NCBI GenBank assembly: GCA_963675745.2
Contig: CAXXWX010000026.1
Span: 192,001 to 256,000, forward strand
Length of the DNA stretch: 64,000 bases
Direction: 5' to 3'
From: Phycisphaerae bacterium
GTDB lineage: Bacteria > Planctomycetota > Phycisphaerae > UBA1845 > Fen-1342
This document shows, piece after piece, positions 21,462 through 31,644 of this stretch (the first letter of the stretch is position 1; each line of letters starts with the position of its first letter). Below the pieces are notes generated by a model that saw only the letters and a program-made list of their open reading frames with translations, searched no databases and had not been told where the DNA came from. The translations under genes and the position numbers were made by a program.

Positions 21462-22639
21462 GCGCTCGCGGCCGCCATCCGGTCCAACTCCTCCAGTTTC
21501 AGCCGCACACTCACGATGTACGGCGGCTCGCCCTCGTCCCAATGCCCGTATGTGGTCGTCACGATCGCGCCGTCCGGCAGAATCACCACGCCCGGATAGG
21601 CACAATCCCAGCGGTGCTTGTTATCCATCAGCCGCACGCGATACTGGCCTTCGCGGCCCTTGATGATGTCTTCATAAGTCCCCACCCAGGCAACCCAGTC
21701 GCCCTGGGTCGGGCTCTCCAGCGTCGTATCACGAAACGATATGAACAGGCGGCCGTCCGGCGCGTACACCGCGGTGTGCCGGTCACCGGTCAACGCCCCC
21801 GGCAATTCGCGCGGCTTGCTCCACGTCTGCGCCTCGTCGCTGGAGAACATCACGTGCGAGTTCCGCTTGCGCCGGTTTTCACGCAGCAGAATCGCAAGCT
21901 GCTTTCCGTCGGGCGAGCGAATCATGCCCGGCTCACACAGATGCACGTCACTGCCACGCCAGATCGACCGCGGCGCGCTCCACGTAAGCCCGCCGTCAGT
22001 TGAGCGCGTCTGGTAGATATCAAATGCCTCGCCGCGCTTACCGTCCTTCGCGAAGAATCGCCCGTCATCGTGGAACAGCGCAACGTAGTCGCCGTTCTTC
22101 ATGCGTTCGAGACACCCCATCACGACGATTCCGCCCCAGTCGCCGGCTGGCTCGAGCGGCGACCATGTCGCGCCATCGTCCTCCGAAGTGGCCATCCGCG
22201 CCGGATACAGACCCGACCAGAGAATCAGCCTCCGCTTACCAGTCTGCGGATCGATCACGCGATGGATCGTCGGCACCTCCTGGCTGCCGGCCCAGTTCTT
22301 TGGCGTCGGGAGCCGCTTGCTCCACGTTCGCCCACCGTCGTCGCTGCGCTTCATCACGATCGCGCCGCGCCCGTGCCCCTTGGGATAAACCGCAATGATC
22401 GTCTTGCCATCTTCCAACAGGACGGTCGTTGGATGCCCGAGGTACTGCCCGGCTTCGCGATCGACGACGGTCTGGCGGTGCTTCTGGTCGGCCATATCCA
22501 GCAATGGAATGCTGTATCCGCGCGGCGGCGTATCCTGGGCCGCTGCGCCCATCGGCAGCAGCACCAACAAACCGAGCAGCGCAATCACACGTGCTGTAAC
22601 GGACATATTCGCCTCCAGATCAGCTATGCGGAGATTCAA
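21449..22639 (-). CDS. Exo-alpha-sialidase-like BNR-repeat protein
   Basis: Repeated SxDxGxTW Asp-boxes, LCEP, DCAYP; signal peptide; start may be ~22606. Confidence 0.8.
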   Translation of the reverse strand: MNLRIADLEANMSVTARVIALLGLLVLLPMGAAAQDTPPRGYSIPLLDMADQKHRQTVVDREAGQYLGHPTTVLLEDGKTIIAVYPKGHGRGAIVMKRSDDGGRTWSKRLPTPKNWAGSQEVPTIHRVIDPQTGKRRLILWSGLYPARMATSEDDGATWSPLEPAGDWGGIVVMGCLERMKNGDYVALFHDDGRFFAKDGKRGEAFDIYQTRSTDGGLTWSAPRSIWRGSDVHLCEPGMIRSPDGKQLAILLRENRRKRNSHVMFSSDEAQTWSKPRELPGALTGDRHTAVYAPDGRLFISFRDTTLESPTQGDWVAWVGTYEDIIKGREGQYRVRLMDNKHRWDCAYPGVVILPDGAIVTTTYGHWDEGEPPYIVSVRLKLEELDRMAAASAQGE

Positions 22640-22705
22640 ATCGCAGCGCCGCCACGCACCAAGGCCGCGCTGGCCTGGCGCCGGCCGCGGCGCGCGCCTT
22701 GTTCC

Positions 22706-25700
22706 TCACGGTTGCCAGGGCGCCGAGAAACTGTACTTACCGGCGGCGAGCCGGCACACGAGTCCATCGGGATCGCTGTCTAGCACCTCCACGCCAACTG
22801 AATCGGCCAGCGGCTTACCGTTCTCTGACACGTCGGCGGGACCGCTCGTGGGAAGGTGCAGGGTGGCACTCGTGTTGGCCGGGACTGTAATATCAACATT
22901 TATCCGCGAGCCTTCGATACGCCATGCGCAGGCGATGCGTCCGTTAATCGAGTGGTACTCGCCGCGCGCCCAAGTGAGGCCGCCGCCGGGGATTGGCTGG
23001 ATCACGAATTGCTTGTACGCGGGCACGCCGGCGTCGGGATTGATGCCGATGATCGTCCGCATCATCCACTCGCCCACCGAGCCCAACGCGTAATGCGCAA
23101 ACGAGTTCATACCGGGGTTCTGAAAACCGCGGCCCTCAACATAGCCGTCCCAGCGTTCCCAGATGGTCGTGGCGCCGTGATCGATCGCATAGCCCCAGGA
23201 TGGCATCGTACGATTGGCAATCAGCCGATACGCCTCCTCGTTGTAGCCATTGCGCGTCAGCTCGTTCATCAGGCAAATCGTGCTGTGAAAACCGGTCGAG
23301 ATGTTCCCGTCGTACCGCGCGAAGCAATCAACCATGCGCCGGGCGGCTGCCGCGCGCTGCTGCTGCGGCAACAACCCGAAGTGCAGTGCAATCGCGTAGC
23401 CGGCCTGAGTGTCGCCGGCAATGCGCCCGTCGGCGTCAACATAGGCCTGGTTGAACGCTTCACGAATCCGGGCGGCGAGCGCGGCGTATCGCTCGGCATC
23501 GTCGCTGCGGCCGATGACGCGCGCCATTTTCGCGACAATCTCGGTCGAGCGCGCAAAGAAAGCCGTCGCAAACACCTCCTTGGGCATCTCGGCCCCGCGC
23601 TCGGGCCATCCCGCCAGCTTGAGCGTGTCCGCGTTCAACCAATCGCCGTAGTCGTTGTTTCGCTGGTTCGTCCAGAGCAGGTCCGGATTGGCCGCGTGTA
23701 TCCAGTCGACCCACCGCCGTGCGGCGTCGAAATGCTCTTCGAGCATGCGCGTATCGCCGTAATTGACGTACACGCACCAGGGTACAAACACACCCGCGTC
23801 GCCCCAGGCCGGTACGCCGGAGAAGCGCCGCGCGGGGTCGTACGGATGCGGCGCGAAGTCGGGGAAGCGGCCATCAGCGGTCTGGGCGTCGCGCAGATCG
23901 CGCAGCCACTTGGCCAGGAACGCCCCCATGTCCATGTTAAAGCAGGCGGTCTGGCAAAAGGCCAGAATGTCACCGGTCCAACCGAGACGCTCGTCGCGCT
24001 GCGGACAATCAGTCGGCACGCTGGTCATGTTGGCCCGTTGCGTCCAGAGGATGTTCTCCCAGAGCCGGTTGAGCATGGGATCCGAACACTCAAACCGGCT
24101 GACCTCGCGCGGCGCCGACTGAACCACGCGGCCGGTCAGCGTCTCGAGCGTTGGCGGCTGGGATAAGCCGGTGATCTCCACGTAGCGGAATCCGTGATAC
24201 GTGAACTGCGGCTCGAACATCTCCAACGCGTCGCCCGCGAGAGTGAAGCGGTCGGTCTGAGCTGCACTGCGCAGGTTGTCGGTGTAAATCGTACCGTCGG
24301 AGTTGAGCACCTCGGCGTGGCGCAGCGTCACGGTGTCGCCGGCCTCGCCGCGCAGGCGCAAACGGCACCAGCCAACCATGTTCTGGCCCAGGTCGAATAC
24401 ATAACAGCCGGGTTGCGGCGCGTTGATCGCGATCGGCGTGATATCGCGCGTGACGCGAATCGGCTCGTTGGGCTGAGCGACGAGCGCACCCGGCGGCGCG
24501 TCAAACGTGCCGGCGGGTTTCCACTCACGGTCATCAAACTCGGGCGTGTCCCAGCCGGGCAGCCGGCGGCGCGCATCGATCATCTCTCCATCGAGCAGAT
24601 CCGCACTTCTCAGCGGCCCCTCGGTCGTGTACTTCCACGACTCATCGCTCACTATCACCGCGCGCCGGCCATCAGCGTATTCAACTTCAAGCTGCATCAG
24701 GAACCGCGGCTGGCGGCCGTAGATGCCGCGCGGCGCACCATCCGGCACGATGCCCGCCAGGCCGATCCGGCCGGCGTACCAGCCGTCGGCCAGTTGAACC
24801 GCGATCGCGTTGGCGCCGATGCGCACCTGCTCGGTGACGTCGTAGGTCTGGTACTGGATACGCTTGTGATAGTCTGTCCACTCGGGCGCGAGCACGCGGG
24901 CGCTGACGCGCTGCCCGTTGAGGCGCAGCCCGTACAACCCCAGCGAGGTCGCATACAGCGTGGCACGGGCAATCGGCGAACCCGCTTCAACTTGAAAAGT
25001 CTTGCGCAGCAACGGCGGGACCAACGGCTCCGTACCGGTCGGACCGTGAGAGGCCAGATCGCCGTCGACCAGGCGGCGCGTCGACCAGCCGCTTGTCTCG
25101 ACACTATCCGAGGCGGACACGACCGTGTTCAGCGCGACGTTCCTGCCGCCGGCCAGCACCTGCATCTCGGCCAGCGCGAAGCCATACTCTCCCTCCCCCC
25201 GCGCGCACAGGCGCGTGACCATCAGGCGCACAAAACGAGCCGGCGTTTGCGGAAATGTGAACGAAACCGCCTCGGCCCCGGGGTTTGGCAGATCGGCTGA
25301 CGACTGATCGACGACAACCATCGCGTCCTGAAAACCGGCGTCATCCGCCGTCTCGATCCGGAAACGCACGGGGAAGAGAAAACCCGGCACGTCGCTCCGC
25401 CAGTTGTACGGCCGTGCTGGAAACAGCTTGACGGCGTCTATCGTCGCAGTCTCACCCAAATCGATGGCGACCCATTTCGAATCCGCCGCCGAGTCGGCAA
25501 GCTGCGTGTGGAAGCCGTTGTGCACCGCACCGAACGGGGCCGCGGGTGAAGCATCGCCGATCCACTGCGCCTGCCAGTCGGCCTCATCGAGCAGCCCCAT
25601 CGTCCAACAGGCGGGCGCGCTCCATGGCGAAGGCTGTCCGTCAGCGTCCCAGACGCGCACTTTCCACCAGACCCGCACACGCGAGCGCAGCGGCCGGCCG

Positions 25701-26053
25701 GCGAAGGCGATCTGAATGGACTCGTTCGACGCGACTTTGCCCGTGTCCCACAGATCGCCCGAGTCCGCGGCGAGCTGCGCCGCATCATTGGAGACCAGAA
25801 TCTGGTAGGCGGTCTGCTCCGCACCGCGGCGTGAGTCCACCATCTCCCACGACAAGCGCGGCTGCGCCTGATCGATGCCCAGCGGATCCACGAGATATTC
25901 GCAGCGCAGGTTCGTCGGCGCGCCCAGGCCCACCGGTGCGGGTGATGGCTGGTCACCGGCCACCGGTGTCAATCCGAACAAGGCCAGAATCGCAACCGCC
26001 ATCATGCCGTTCCTCCACTGCTCGATGGACATTGAATAAGGCCAAGGCCACAC
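22706..26053 (-). CDS. Alpha-L-rhamnosidase (GH78) with an inserted F5/8-type (discoidin-like) module
   Basis: LRCEYLVDPLGID, DLGQNMVGW, FTYHGFRYV, PTDCPQRDERLGWTGD, ATTIWERW, MNSFAHY; start probably slightly downstream of 26053. Confidence 0.92.
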   Translation of the reverse strand: MWPWPYSMSIEQWRNGMMAVAILALFGLTPVAGDQPSPAPVGLGAPTNLRCEYLVDPLGIDQAQPRLSWEMVDSRRGAEQTAYQILVSNDAAQLAADSGDLWDTGKVASNESIQIAFAGRPLRSRVRVWWKVRVWDADGQPSPWSAPACWTMGLLDEADWQAQWIGDASPAAPFGAVHNGFHTQLADSAADSKWVAIDLGETATIDAVKLFPARPYNWRSDVPGFLFPVRFRIETADDAGFQDAMVVVDQSSADLPNPGAEAVSFTFPQTPARFVRLMVTRLCARGEGEYGFALAEMQVLAGGRNVALNTVVSASDSVETSGWSTRRLVDGDLASHGPTGTEPLVPPLLRKTFQVEAGSPIARATLYATSLGLYGLRLNGQRVSARVLAPEWTDYHKRIQYQTYDVTEQVRIGANAIAVQLADGWYAGRIGLAGIVPDGAPRGIYGRQPRFLMQLEVEYADGRRAVIVSDESWKYTTEGPLRSADLLDGEMIDARRRLPGWDTPEFDDREWKPAGTFDAPPGALVAQPNEPIRVTRDITPIAINAPQPGCYVFDLGQNMVGWCRLRLRGEAGDTVTLRHAEVLNSDGTIYTDNLRSAAQTDRFTLAGDALEMFEPQFTYHGFRYVEITGLSQPPTLETLTGRVVQSAPREVSRFECSDPMLNRLWENILWTQRANMTSVPTDCPQRDERLGWTGDILAFCQTACFNMDMGAFLAKWLRDLRDAQTADGRFPDFAPHPYDPARRFSGVPAWGDAGVFVPWCVYVNYGDTRMLEEHFDAARRWVDWIHAANPDLLWTNQRNNDYGDWLNADTLKLAGWPERGAEMPKEVFATAFFARSTEIVAKMARVIGRSDDAERYAALAARIREAFNQAYVDADGRIAGDTQAGYAIALHFGLLPQQQRAAAARRMVDCFARYDGNISTGFHSTICLMNELTRNGYNEEAYRLIANRTMPSWGYAIDHGATTIWERWDGYVEGRGFQNPGMNSFAHYALGSVGEWMMRTIIGINPDAGVPAYKQFVIQPIPGGGLTWARGEYHSINGRIACAWRIEGSRINVDITVPANTSATLHLPTSGPADVSENGKPLADSVGVEVLDSDPDGLVCRLAAGKYSFSAPWQP

Positions 26054-26066
26054 CCACGACGTACGC

Positions 26067-27461
26067 GTGGCGATGTTAGCAAACCGCCAGAGACGCTATG
26101 ATGCGTCCACGATGAACCGAACGCCAGACATGCCGCCGAGTTTCCGCCCGTCGCTCCGTCGTCGCAACGTCGGGCGCTGGCTCTATCTGCTCACTCTGAC
26201 CGCGGCGGCGCACACGGCGTGTACGCCCATAATACCTGCGCCCAATCCGCCGCTCGCCAATGATGAGGAGGCCGTTCGTCTCGCCGCCGAGCAGCTCGCC
26301 GCCGCCCTCGAACCCGGCCCGCCATATATGTACCGCGAGACCAGCTTTCACACCGGGCAAGCGCGCACCGGCGAGAGTCTCCACACCGAACTGGAACGCG
26401 TCTGGACGTTCAGCGGCGTAAACGTCGGCATTCACAGCGCTAGCAAATCGAGCCCAATCGCGGATGAGCAGCGCGTCTACGTCGGCGCCGACAGCGGCCA
26501 CCTGTACGCCCTCGACAAGTTCACCGGCGAACTGCTCTGGCAGTGGACGGCGCGCCCCAGCGGCAACGGCATTCACGCCACCCCCGCAGTGGACGAATCG
26601 CGCGTGTACATCGCAAACTACAGCGGCTGGCTGTCCGCTCTCGACAAGATAACCGGTGAACTTGTCTGGGAAACCGATCTCGGCGACTCGATCGGCGCCT
26701 CGCCGGTGATCGTGGGCGATCGGATCTACGCGGGCGTTGAAACGCGCCAGCCCAACGGTTACCTAGCCATCGTCGATCGGGCCGGCGGCGCGCAGCTCCG
26801 AACCTCCGCCAGATTCGGCGATCATACGCACTGCACGCCGACCGTCGATCCACAACTGGGGCGTGTGTACCTCGGTTCCAACCACGGGCAGTTTCACTGC
26901 CTCGACGCCGATGACGCCCGCGAACTGTGGCGTTTCACCGTGCGTGGCGCCGCGCTCGACTTCCCCGACAGCCTGTCCCGGCCATCGATTCACGGCCAGA
27001 TCAAATCGACCGCCGCCCTCGTCGAACAGCGCGTGCTGTTTACGTCCTGGGACGATCGCCTTTACTGCCTCGACGCCGGCAATGGGGCGGAACTCTGGAG
27101 CTTCCTGGCTGGCAGTCGCTGCATGTCCAGCCCGGCGGTCGATCCCGTGCAGCGCCGCGTGTATTTCGGCAGCCACGACGCGCGGATCTACGCCATCGAC
27201 TTTGACACCGGCGAGCACGTGTGGGACTTCGTCGCCGCGGCCCGGGTGTACTCGTCACCGGTGATCGTGCCGCGAACGGACGGCGCGGGGAACGTGATTG
27301 TCATCGGATCATCGGACGCGCACGCCTACATGCTCGACGGCGACACAGGCGAATCGCTCTGGCAAGCCCGCCTGGACGGGGCCATAACCAGCGTCCCGCT
27401 CGTCAGCGACCACCGCCTCTACATCGCCACCGACGGCGGCGACCTGGTGTGCTGGGAATAA
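26067..27461 (+). CDS. PQQ-binding-like beta-propeller repeat protein (BamB-like), probable lipoprotein
   Basis: Repeated SSP..V...VY.G..DG.LYALD..TGE..W blades; start uncertain. Confidence 0.85.
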   Translation: MAMLANRQRRYDASTMNRTPDMPPSFRPSLRRRNVGRWLYLLTLTAAAHTACTPIIPAPNPPLANDEEAVRLAAEQLAAALEPGPPYMYRETSFHTGQARTGESLHTELERVWTFSGVNVGIHSASKSSPIADEQRVYVGADSGHLYALDKFTGELLWQWTARPSGNGIHATPAVDESRVYIANYSGWLSALDKITGELVWETDLGDSIGASPVIVGDRIYAGVETRQPNGYLAIVDRAGGAQLRTSARFGDHTHCTPTVDPQLGRVYLGSNHGQFHCLDADDARELWRFTVRGAALDFPDSLSRPSIHGQIKSTAALVEQRVLFTSWDDRLYCLDAGNGAELWSFLAGSRCMSSPAVDPVQRRVYFGSHDARIYAIDFDTGEHVWDFVAAARVYSSPVIVPRTDGAGNVIVIGSSDAHAYMLDGDTGESLWQARLDGAITSVPLVSDHRLYIATDGGDLVCWE

Positions 27462-27524
27462 CCATCGACGTGAGGCCCACAGCGCGCGCGAGTGCGGCAT
27501 GGCAGCGCACGTCAGTAATTCGGC

Positions 27525-27644
27525 TCAGCCGTGCTTCTTGGCCTCCTTTTTCTCCCTCTTCGCCTTGCGCTTCTCTGCCTGAGTACGCTTGGCCACTTTC
27601 TGTTGCTCCTTCCTGCCCTTGTCCCTTTTCCCCTTGTCACCCAT
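27525..27644 (-). CDS. 39-aa Lys/Arg-rich small protein
   Basis: SD AAGGAGA just upstream of ATG 27644; MGDKGKRDKGRKEQQKVAKRTQAEKRKAKREKKEAKKHG. Confidence 0.7.
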   Translation of the reverse strand: MGDKGKRDKGRKEQQKVAKRTQAEKRKAKREKKEAKKHG

Positions 27645-27936
27645 TTGCGTTTCTCCTTGCCAGAAAACAACCTGCGCCGGAAATCGCGCAGGAACTGTGT
27701 TCCGAAAATCAATCTCCGACCATTGTAGCCGCCCAACCTCTGGAACGCCCCACTCCCGAAGACGAGTCTGAATCGAGTAATTGGCGCCTCGACGCAAGTG
27801 CGGCGGAGGACGCCGTTGTGTCAAGTGAGTAAAATCGGTAAGCCGCCAACGGTCTGCCGACCGTCAGGCAGGCGCCTCTGTAACCGTTCTGTTCCGCACG
27901 GCGAGGATCAATGCGAACAGGCCGGGCCGGGGCGAC

Positions 27937-29871
27937 GTGTGGAAGTTGGCCGATTCCAACGATTCGGGAGCCAGTCTCATGCGATCACGATCTGATGAAC
28001 TGCTGGCGCGCATCCAAATGCCCGCGGGCGCCGAGGACATCCTCCAGCACAACGCTGCGCGCACAATCGCCGTTCCCCGCGATCGTGCCGAGCTGATCGA
28101 GCTGTCACTTGGCGGAGCGCAGGATCGCTTCGAGGTGTCATACGACGTGCCGGGGCGCGATCCGGTGGTGGAAGCGGAAGTGTCACGCGCGCGAAACGGC
28201 GTGGCGGTCAATATGCCGGAGGCCTACATGCGGCGGCGCGACCCCGACTGCATGGTCGTCGCCGATGACGAGCCGTCGGACAAACCGCGCTTCGCCGACC
28301 GCTTCGACACACCCTTCGCGAATTGGCGCACCGAGATCTTCGCCTGGCTGGCCCAGCAGTCGCTCATCGTGCTGCCCTTCCGCGCCGGCCGACGCGAATC
28401 GAACTACGATGCGCTGCTGATCGCGCCGGCAAACGCCGCCTTCTTCGCAACCTCGCTGGCGGACCTGCAAGGCATGCTCACTCCCGACGAGTTGCCCGCC
28501 ACATTCGCGCCGCGCGCCGTCATCTATGTCGCCCCCCCATTCCGCCACACGCACTGCGACGGTAAGCAGGTGGTCATCCACCACCGCCTGGCGGACGTAC
28601 ACGAGGTGTTCGCTCTCAACCTGTACCCCGGCCCCAGCGCGAAGAAAGGCGTGTATGGCGTGCTGTTGGCGATCGGCGCCAAAGAAGGCTGGATCACCGC
28701 CCACGCCTCCACCGTCCAGGTCATCACGCCCTATGACCACGTCACCACCATCATGCACGAAGGGGCCAGCGGCGGCGGCAAGAGCGAGATGCTCGAATAC
28801 GCACACCGCGAGCGCGACGGGCGGCTGCTGCTGGGTCACAATCTGATCACCGACGAGGAAGTCTTCCTGGCGCTGCCGCGCGGCTGCGAGCTGCGCCCGG
28901 TGACCGACGACATGACCTCCTGCCATCCAAGCATCCAGAACAACAGCGGACGCCTGGTCGTGGCCGACGCCGAGGACGGTTGGTTCCTGCGCATCAATCA
29001 CATCGACGGCTATGGCGTCGGCCCGCATCTGGAGAAGCTCTGCGTGCAGCCGCCTGAGCCGCTGATCTTCCTTAACCTGTACGCCGTACCGCGGGCAACC
29101 TGCCTGATCTGGGAACACACCGAAGACGCCCCGGGCGTCCCCTGCTCCAATCCCCGCGTCATTCTGCCCCGCCGGGTCGTGCCCGGCATCGTCAACGACC
29201 CCGTCGAGGTGGACGTGCGCAGCTTTGGCATACGCACGCCGCCGTACTCGGCCGACAGTCCGTCATACGGCATCGTGGGCATGCTGCACGTATTGCCACC
29301 GGCGCTGGCCTGGATCTGGCGGCTCGTCGCGCCCCGGGGCTATGCCAATCCGAGCATCACCGACTCGGCCGGGTTAAGTAGCGAAGGTGTCGGTTCCTAC
29401 TGGCCGTTTGCCACCGGCCGCCAGGTCCACCAGGCGAACCTGCTGCTGAATCAGATTCGCGCGACACCCAAGACGCGTTTCGTGTTGATCCCCAACCAGC
29501 ACATCGGGTGCTGGCATGTCGGGTTTATGCCGGAGTGGATCGGGCGCGAGTACATCGCCCGGCGGAGCGGCGCCCGCTTCCGTCCCGATCAGGTAACGCC
29601 GGCCCGCTGCCCGCTGCTGGGCCACACGCTGACCTCCATGCTGGTCGAGGGCATACAGATCAACCCGTGGTTCCTACAGGTGGAACTCCAACCCGAAGTC
29701 GGCACCAGCGGCTACGACGCTGGTGCGCGCGTACTCGCCGAGTTCTTTCGCCGCGAATTGGCCCCGTATCTGGAAGAGACAGACCTGGACCCGCTCGGCC
29801 GGCGGATCATCGAATGCTGCCAAGACGGCGGGACGGTCGAGGATTACATCGCGCTGCTCGGCGTGGACTGA
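27937..29871 (+). CDS. DUF4914-family protein (PEP-carboxykinase-like P-loop)
   Basis: EAYMRRRDPDCMV, NLYPGPSAKKGVYG, HEGASGGGKSEM, SEGVGSYWPFATG; start may be 27979. Confidence 0.8.
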   Translation: MWKLADSNDSGASLMRSRSDELLARIQMPAGAEDILQHNAARTIAVPRDRAELIELSLGGAQDRFEVSYDVPGRDPVVEAEVSRARNGVAVNMPEAYMRRRDPDCMVVADDEPSDKPRFADRFDTPFANWRTEIFAWLAQQSLIVLPFRAGRRESNYDALLIAPANAAFFATSLADLQGMLTPDELPATFAPRAVIYVAPPFRHTHCDGKQVVIHHRLADVHEVFALNLYPGPSAKKGVYGVLLAIGAKEGWITAHASTVQVITPYDHVTTIMHEGASGGGKSEMLEYAHRERDGRLLLGHNLITDEEVFLALPRGCELRPVTDDMTSCHPSIQNNSGRLVVADAEDGWFLRINHIDGYGVGPHLEKLCVQPPEPLIFLNLYAVPRATCLIWEHTEDAPGVPCSNPRVILPRRVVPGIVNDPVEVDVRSFGIRTPPYSADSPSYGIVGMLHVLPPALAWIWRLVAPRGYANPSITDSAGLSSEGVGSYWPFATGRQVHQANLLLNQIRATPKTRFVLIPNQHIGCWHVGFMPEWIGREYIARRSGARFRPDQVTPARCPLLGHTLTSMLVEGIQINPWFLQVELQPEVGTSGYDAGARVLAEFFRRELAPYLEETDLDPLGRRIIECCQDGGTVEDYIALLGVD

Positions 29872-29975
29872 AAAGCGCGGCCAGGATGGGGTCTGCGACC
29901 GGTCGGCCGGGTGCCACGCGCCCGAGTCGATGACGTTCAGGAGAACACCGACCACCGACCCCCTGGTGCGGACAC

Positions 29976-30003
29976 AAAAAAGGCCGGGCTGTAACACCCG
30001 GCC
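29976..30003 (-). terminator. Rho-independent terminator downstream of rpsG
   Basis: Minus strand GGCCGGG-TGTTACAG-CCCGGCC-TTTTTT, ~20 nt after the rpsG stop. Confidence 0.85.
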
Positions 30004-30024
30004 AAAGCGTCGATTGAGTTCTTC

Positions 30025-30510
30025 TTAGCGCCTGCTCCAGGCGAAATGCGCAAAGGCCTTGTTTGCGTCGGCCATGCGGTGGACGTTGTCGCGCGTCTGC
30101 ATCGCGGTCCCCTCGCGTTTGAACGCCGCGAGAATCTCATCGGCCAGCCGGTTCGCCATCGGACGGCCGCCCTTGGCGCGGATAGCTTGCAGGATCCAGC
30201 GGATGGCGAGCGACTGACGCCGCTTTGGATTCACCTGGATCGGCACCTGGTAGTTGGCACCACCGACACGACGCGAACGCACCTCAATTGCCGGCTTGAC
30301 ATTCTCGAGGGCCGTCTCGAAAACCTCGATCGGCGGCGTGTCGCTGATCTTCTTGCCGACCAAGTCCAGCGCGTCATAGAAAACCCGCTTAGCCACCGAC
30401 TTCTTGCCGTCCAACATCAGGCAGTTCATGAACTTGGCGGCCAGCTTGCTGCCGTACCGCTCGTCCGGCTGGAGCTGCTTGGCCGATGCTGTAAAGCGCT
30501 TATACGCCAT
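30025..30510 (-). CDS. rpsG: 30S ribosomal protein S7
   Basis: [35 protein letters not shown]. Confidence 0.98.
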   Translation of the reverse strand: MAYKRFTASAKQLQPDERYGSKLAAKFMNCLMLDGKKSVAKRVFYDALDLVGKKISDTPPIEVFETALENVKPAIEVRSRRVGGANYQVPIQVNPKRRQSLAIRWILQAIRAKGGRPMANRLADEILAAFKREGTAMQTRDNVHRMADANKAFAHFAWSRR

Positions 30511-30536
30511 GTGTCACCCACAAATGCGTGTCTTGG

Positions 30537-30926
30537 TTACTTCTTCCGTTTGACCCCATACTTACTGCGCCCGCGGTTGCGGCCTTTGCCTTCTTTGTCG
30601 GTGCTGACCGCCGCGGTATCCAGCGCGCCGCGCACGATATGGTAGCGGACACCCGGCAAGTCGCGCACACGCCCACCACGCACGAGCACAATCGAGTGCT
30701 CCTGCAGGTTGTGGTCTACGCCGGGAATATAGGCGGTGACCTCGCGGCCGTTGGTCAGTCGCACACGAGCGACCTTTCGCAGTGCCGAGTTGGGCTTCTT
30801 GGGCGTCTGGGTCTTGACCAGCAGGCAAACGCCGCGACGCTGCGGACACTGGTCCAGATCGCGCACCTTGGACTTGGCAATTACCCGCCGTCGCGACCTG
30901 CGTACCAATTGGTTGATTGTCGGCAT
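30537..30926 (-). CDS. rpsL: 30S ribosomal protein S12
   Basis: [44 protein letters not shown]. Confidence 0.98.
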   Translation of the reverse strand: MPTINQLVRRSRRRVIAKSKVRDLDQCPQRRGVCLLVKTQTPKKPNSALRKVARVRLTNGREVTAYIPGVDHNLQEHSIVLVRGGRVRDLPGVRYHIVRGALDTAAVSTDKEGKGRNRGRSKYGVKRKK

Positions 30927-30997
30927 AAGTCCTCTCACTCGGACACCAGCCGGCCACACCGCGCTGCTGTCTCCCTGAACCAATCGCAAGACGGGCC

Positions 30998-31026
30998 AGT
31001 ATAAGCGGCTCCCCGATGGATGCCAA
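30998..31026 (-). promoter_or_regulatory. Putative sigma70 promoter of rpsL
   Basis: Minus strand TTGGCA-N17-TATACT. Confidence 0.6.
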
Positions 31027-31139
31027 GTCCACCAGAGTACAAAAATGGCCCTGGCGAAGCGCGCGGCCGCTGGACCGTCGGTGGGGCCGCCGGGCGCGCC
31101 TGACCGGCAGAGACTTGGTCGAGAAGGGCGATATCCCGC

Positions 31140-31568
31140 TCAGTGAACGAGGTTCGGGAGCGTTATCCACCCATTGCCGTACTGCCTGGGGATTTCAACG
31201 GCTTCCCGCGCCGGCCGAACGCGACCAAGCCCGATGAGAACGCCGTAGCGGCAGCGTAGCCGCTCTTCCCAATACTCGGCGGAGGCGCAGATCTGGCCCC
31301 CGTGGATCGTTCGAATGAAATCGACGCGTTCGGGGGTCAGCTCGTCGTACTGGCGTACGTACTGCGCGCGGCAACTTCCGATAATGCCGCCGCCGGCAAG
31401 CTTGAAGTGGATCAGTTGACCAGTCCCGATCAGGCCGTACGGCGCCCGCCGTGTCTGCGAAAACCGGGATTCTATGGTCTTTGACCCGTCGAGCAGCCGC
31501 TCGGCGGTCTGTGGGTCAACAATCGCAATGTGCTCGATCACGATCACAATCTCCACACGCGCAGGCAA
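31140..31568 (-). CDS. ASCH/PUA-like domain protein
   Basis: HIAIV...LLDGSKTIESRF (GxKxxExR-type motif). Confidence 0.75.
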   Translation of the reverse strand: MPARVEIVIVIEHIAIVDPQTAERLLDGSKTIESRFSQTRRAPYGLIGTGQLIHFKLAGGGIIGSCRAQYVRQYDELTPERVDFIRTIHGGQICASAEYWEERLRCRYGVLIGLGRVRPAREAVEIPRQYGNGWITLPNLVH

Positions 31569-31644
31569 CCGGTGGCCGCGTGTCGAGATGAATATCGTCT
31601 GGCTCGGCTGGGGCAGATACCCGTGAGTTGTGGCGTCGGCGTGA

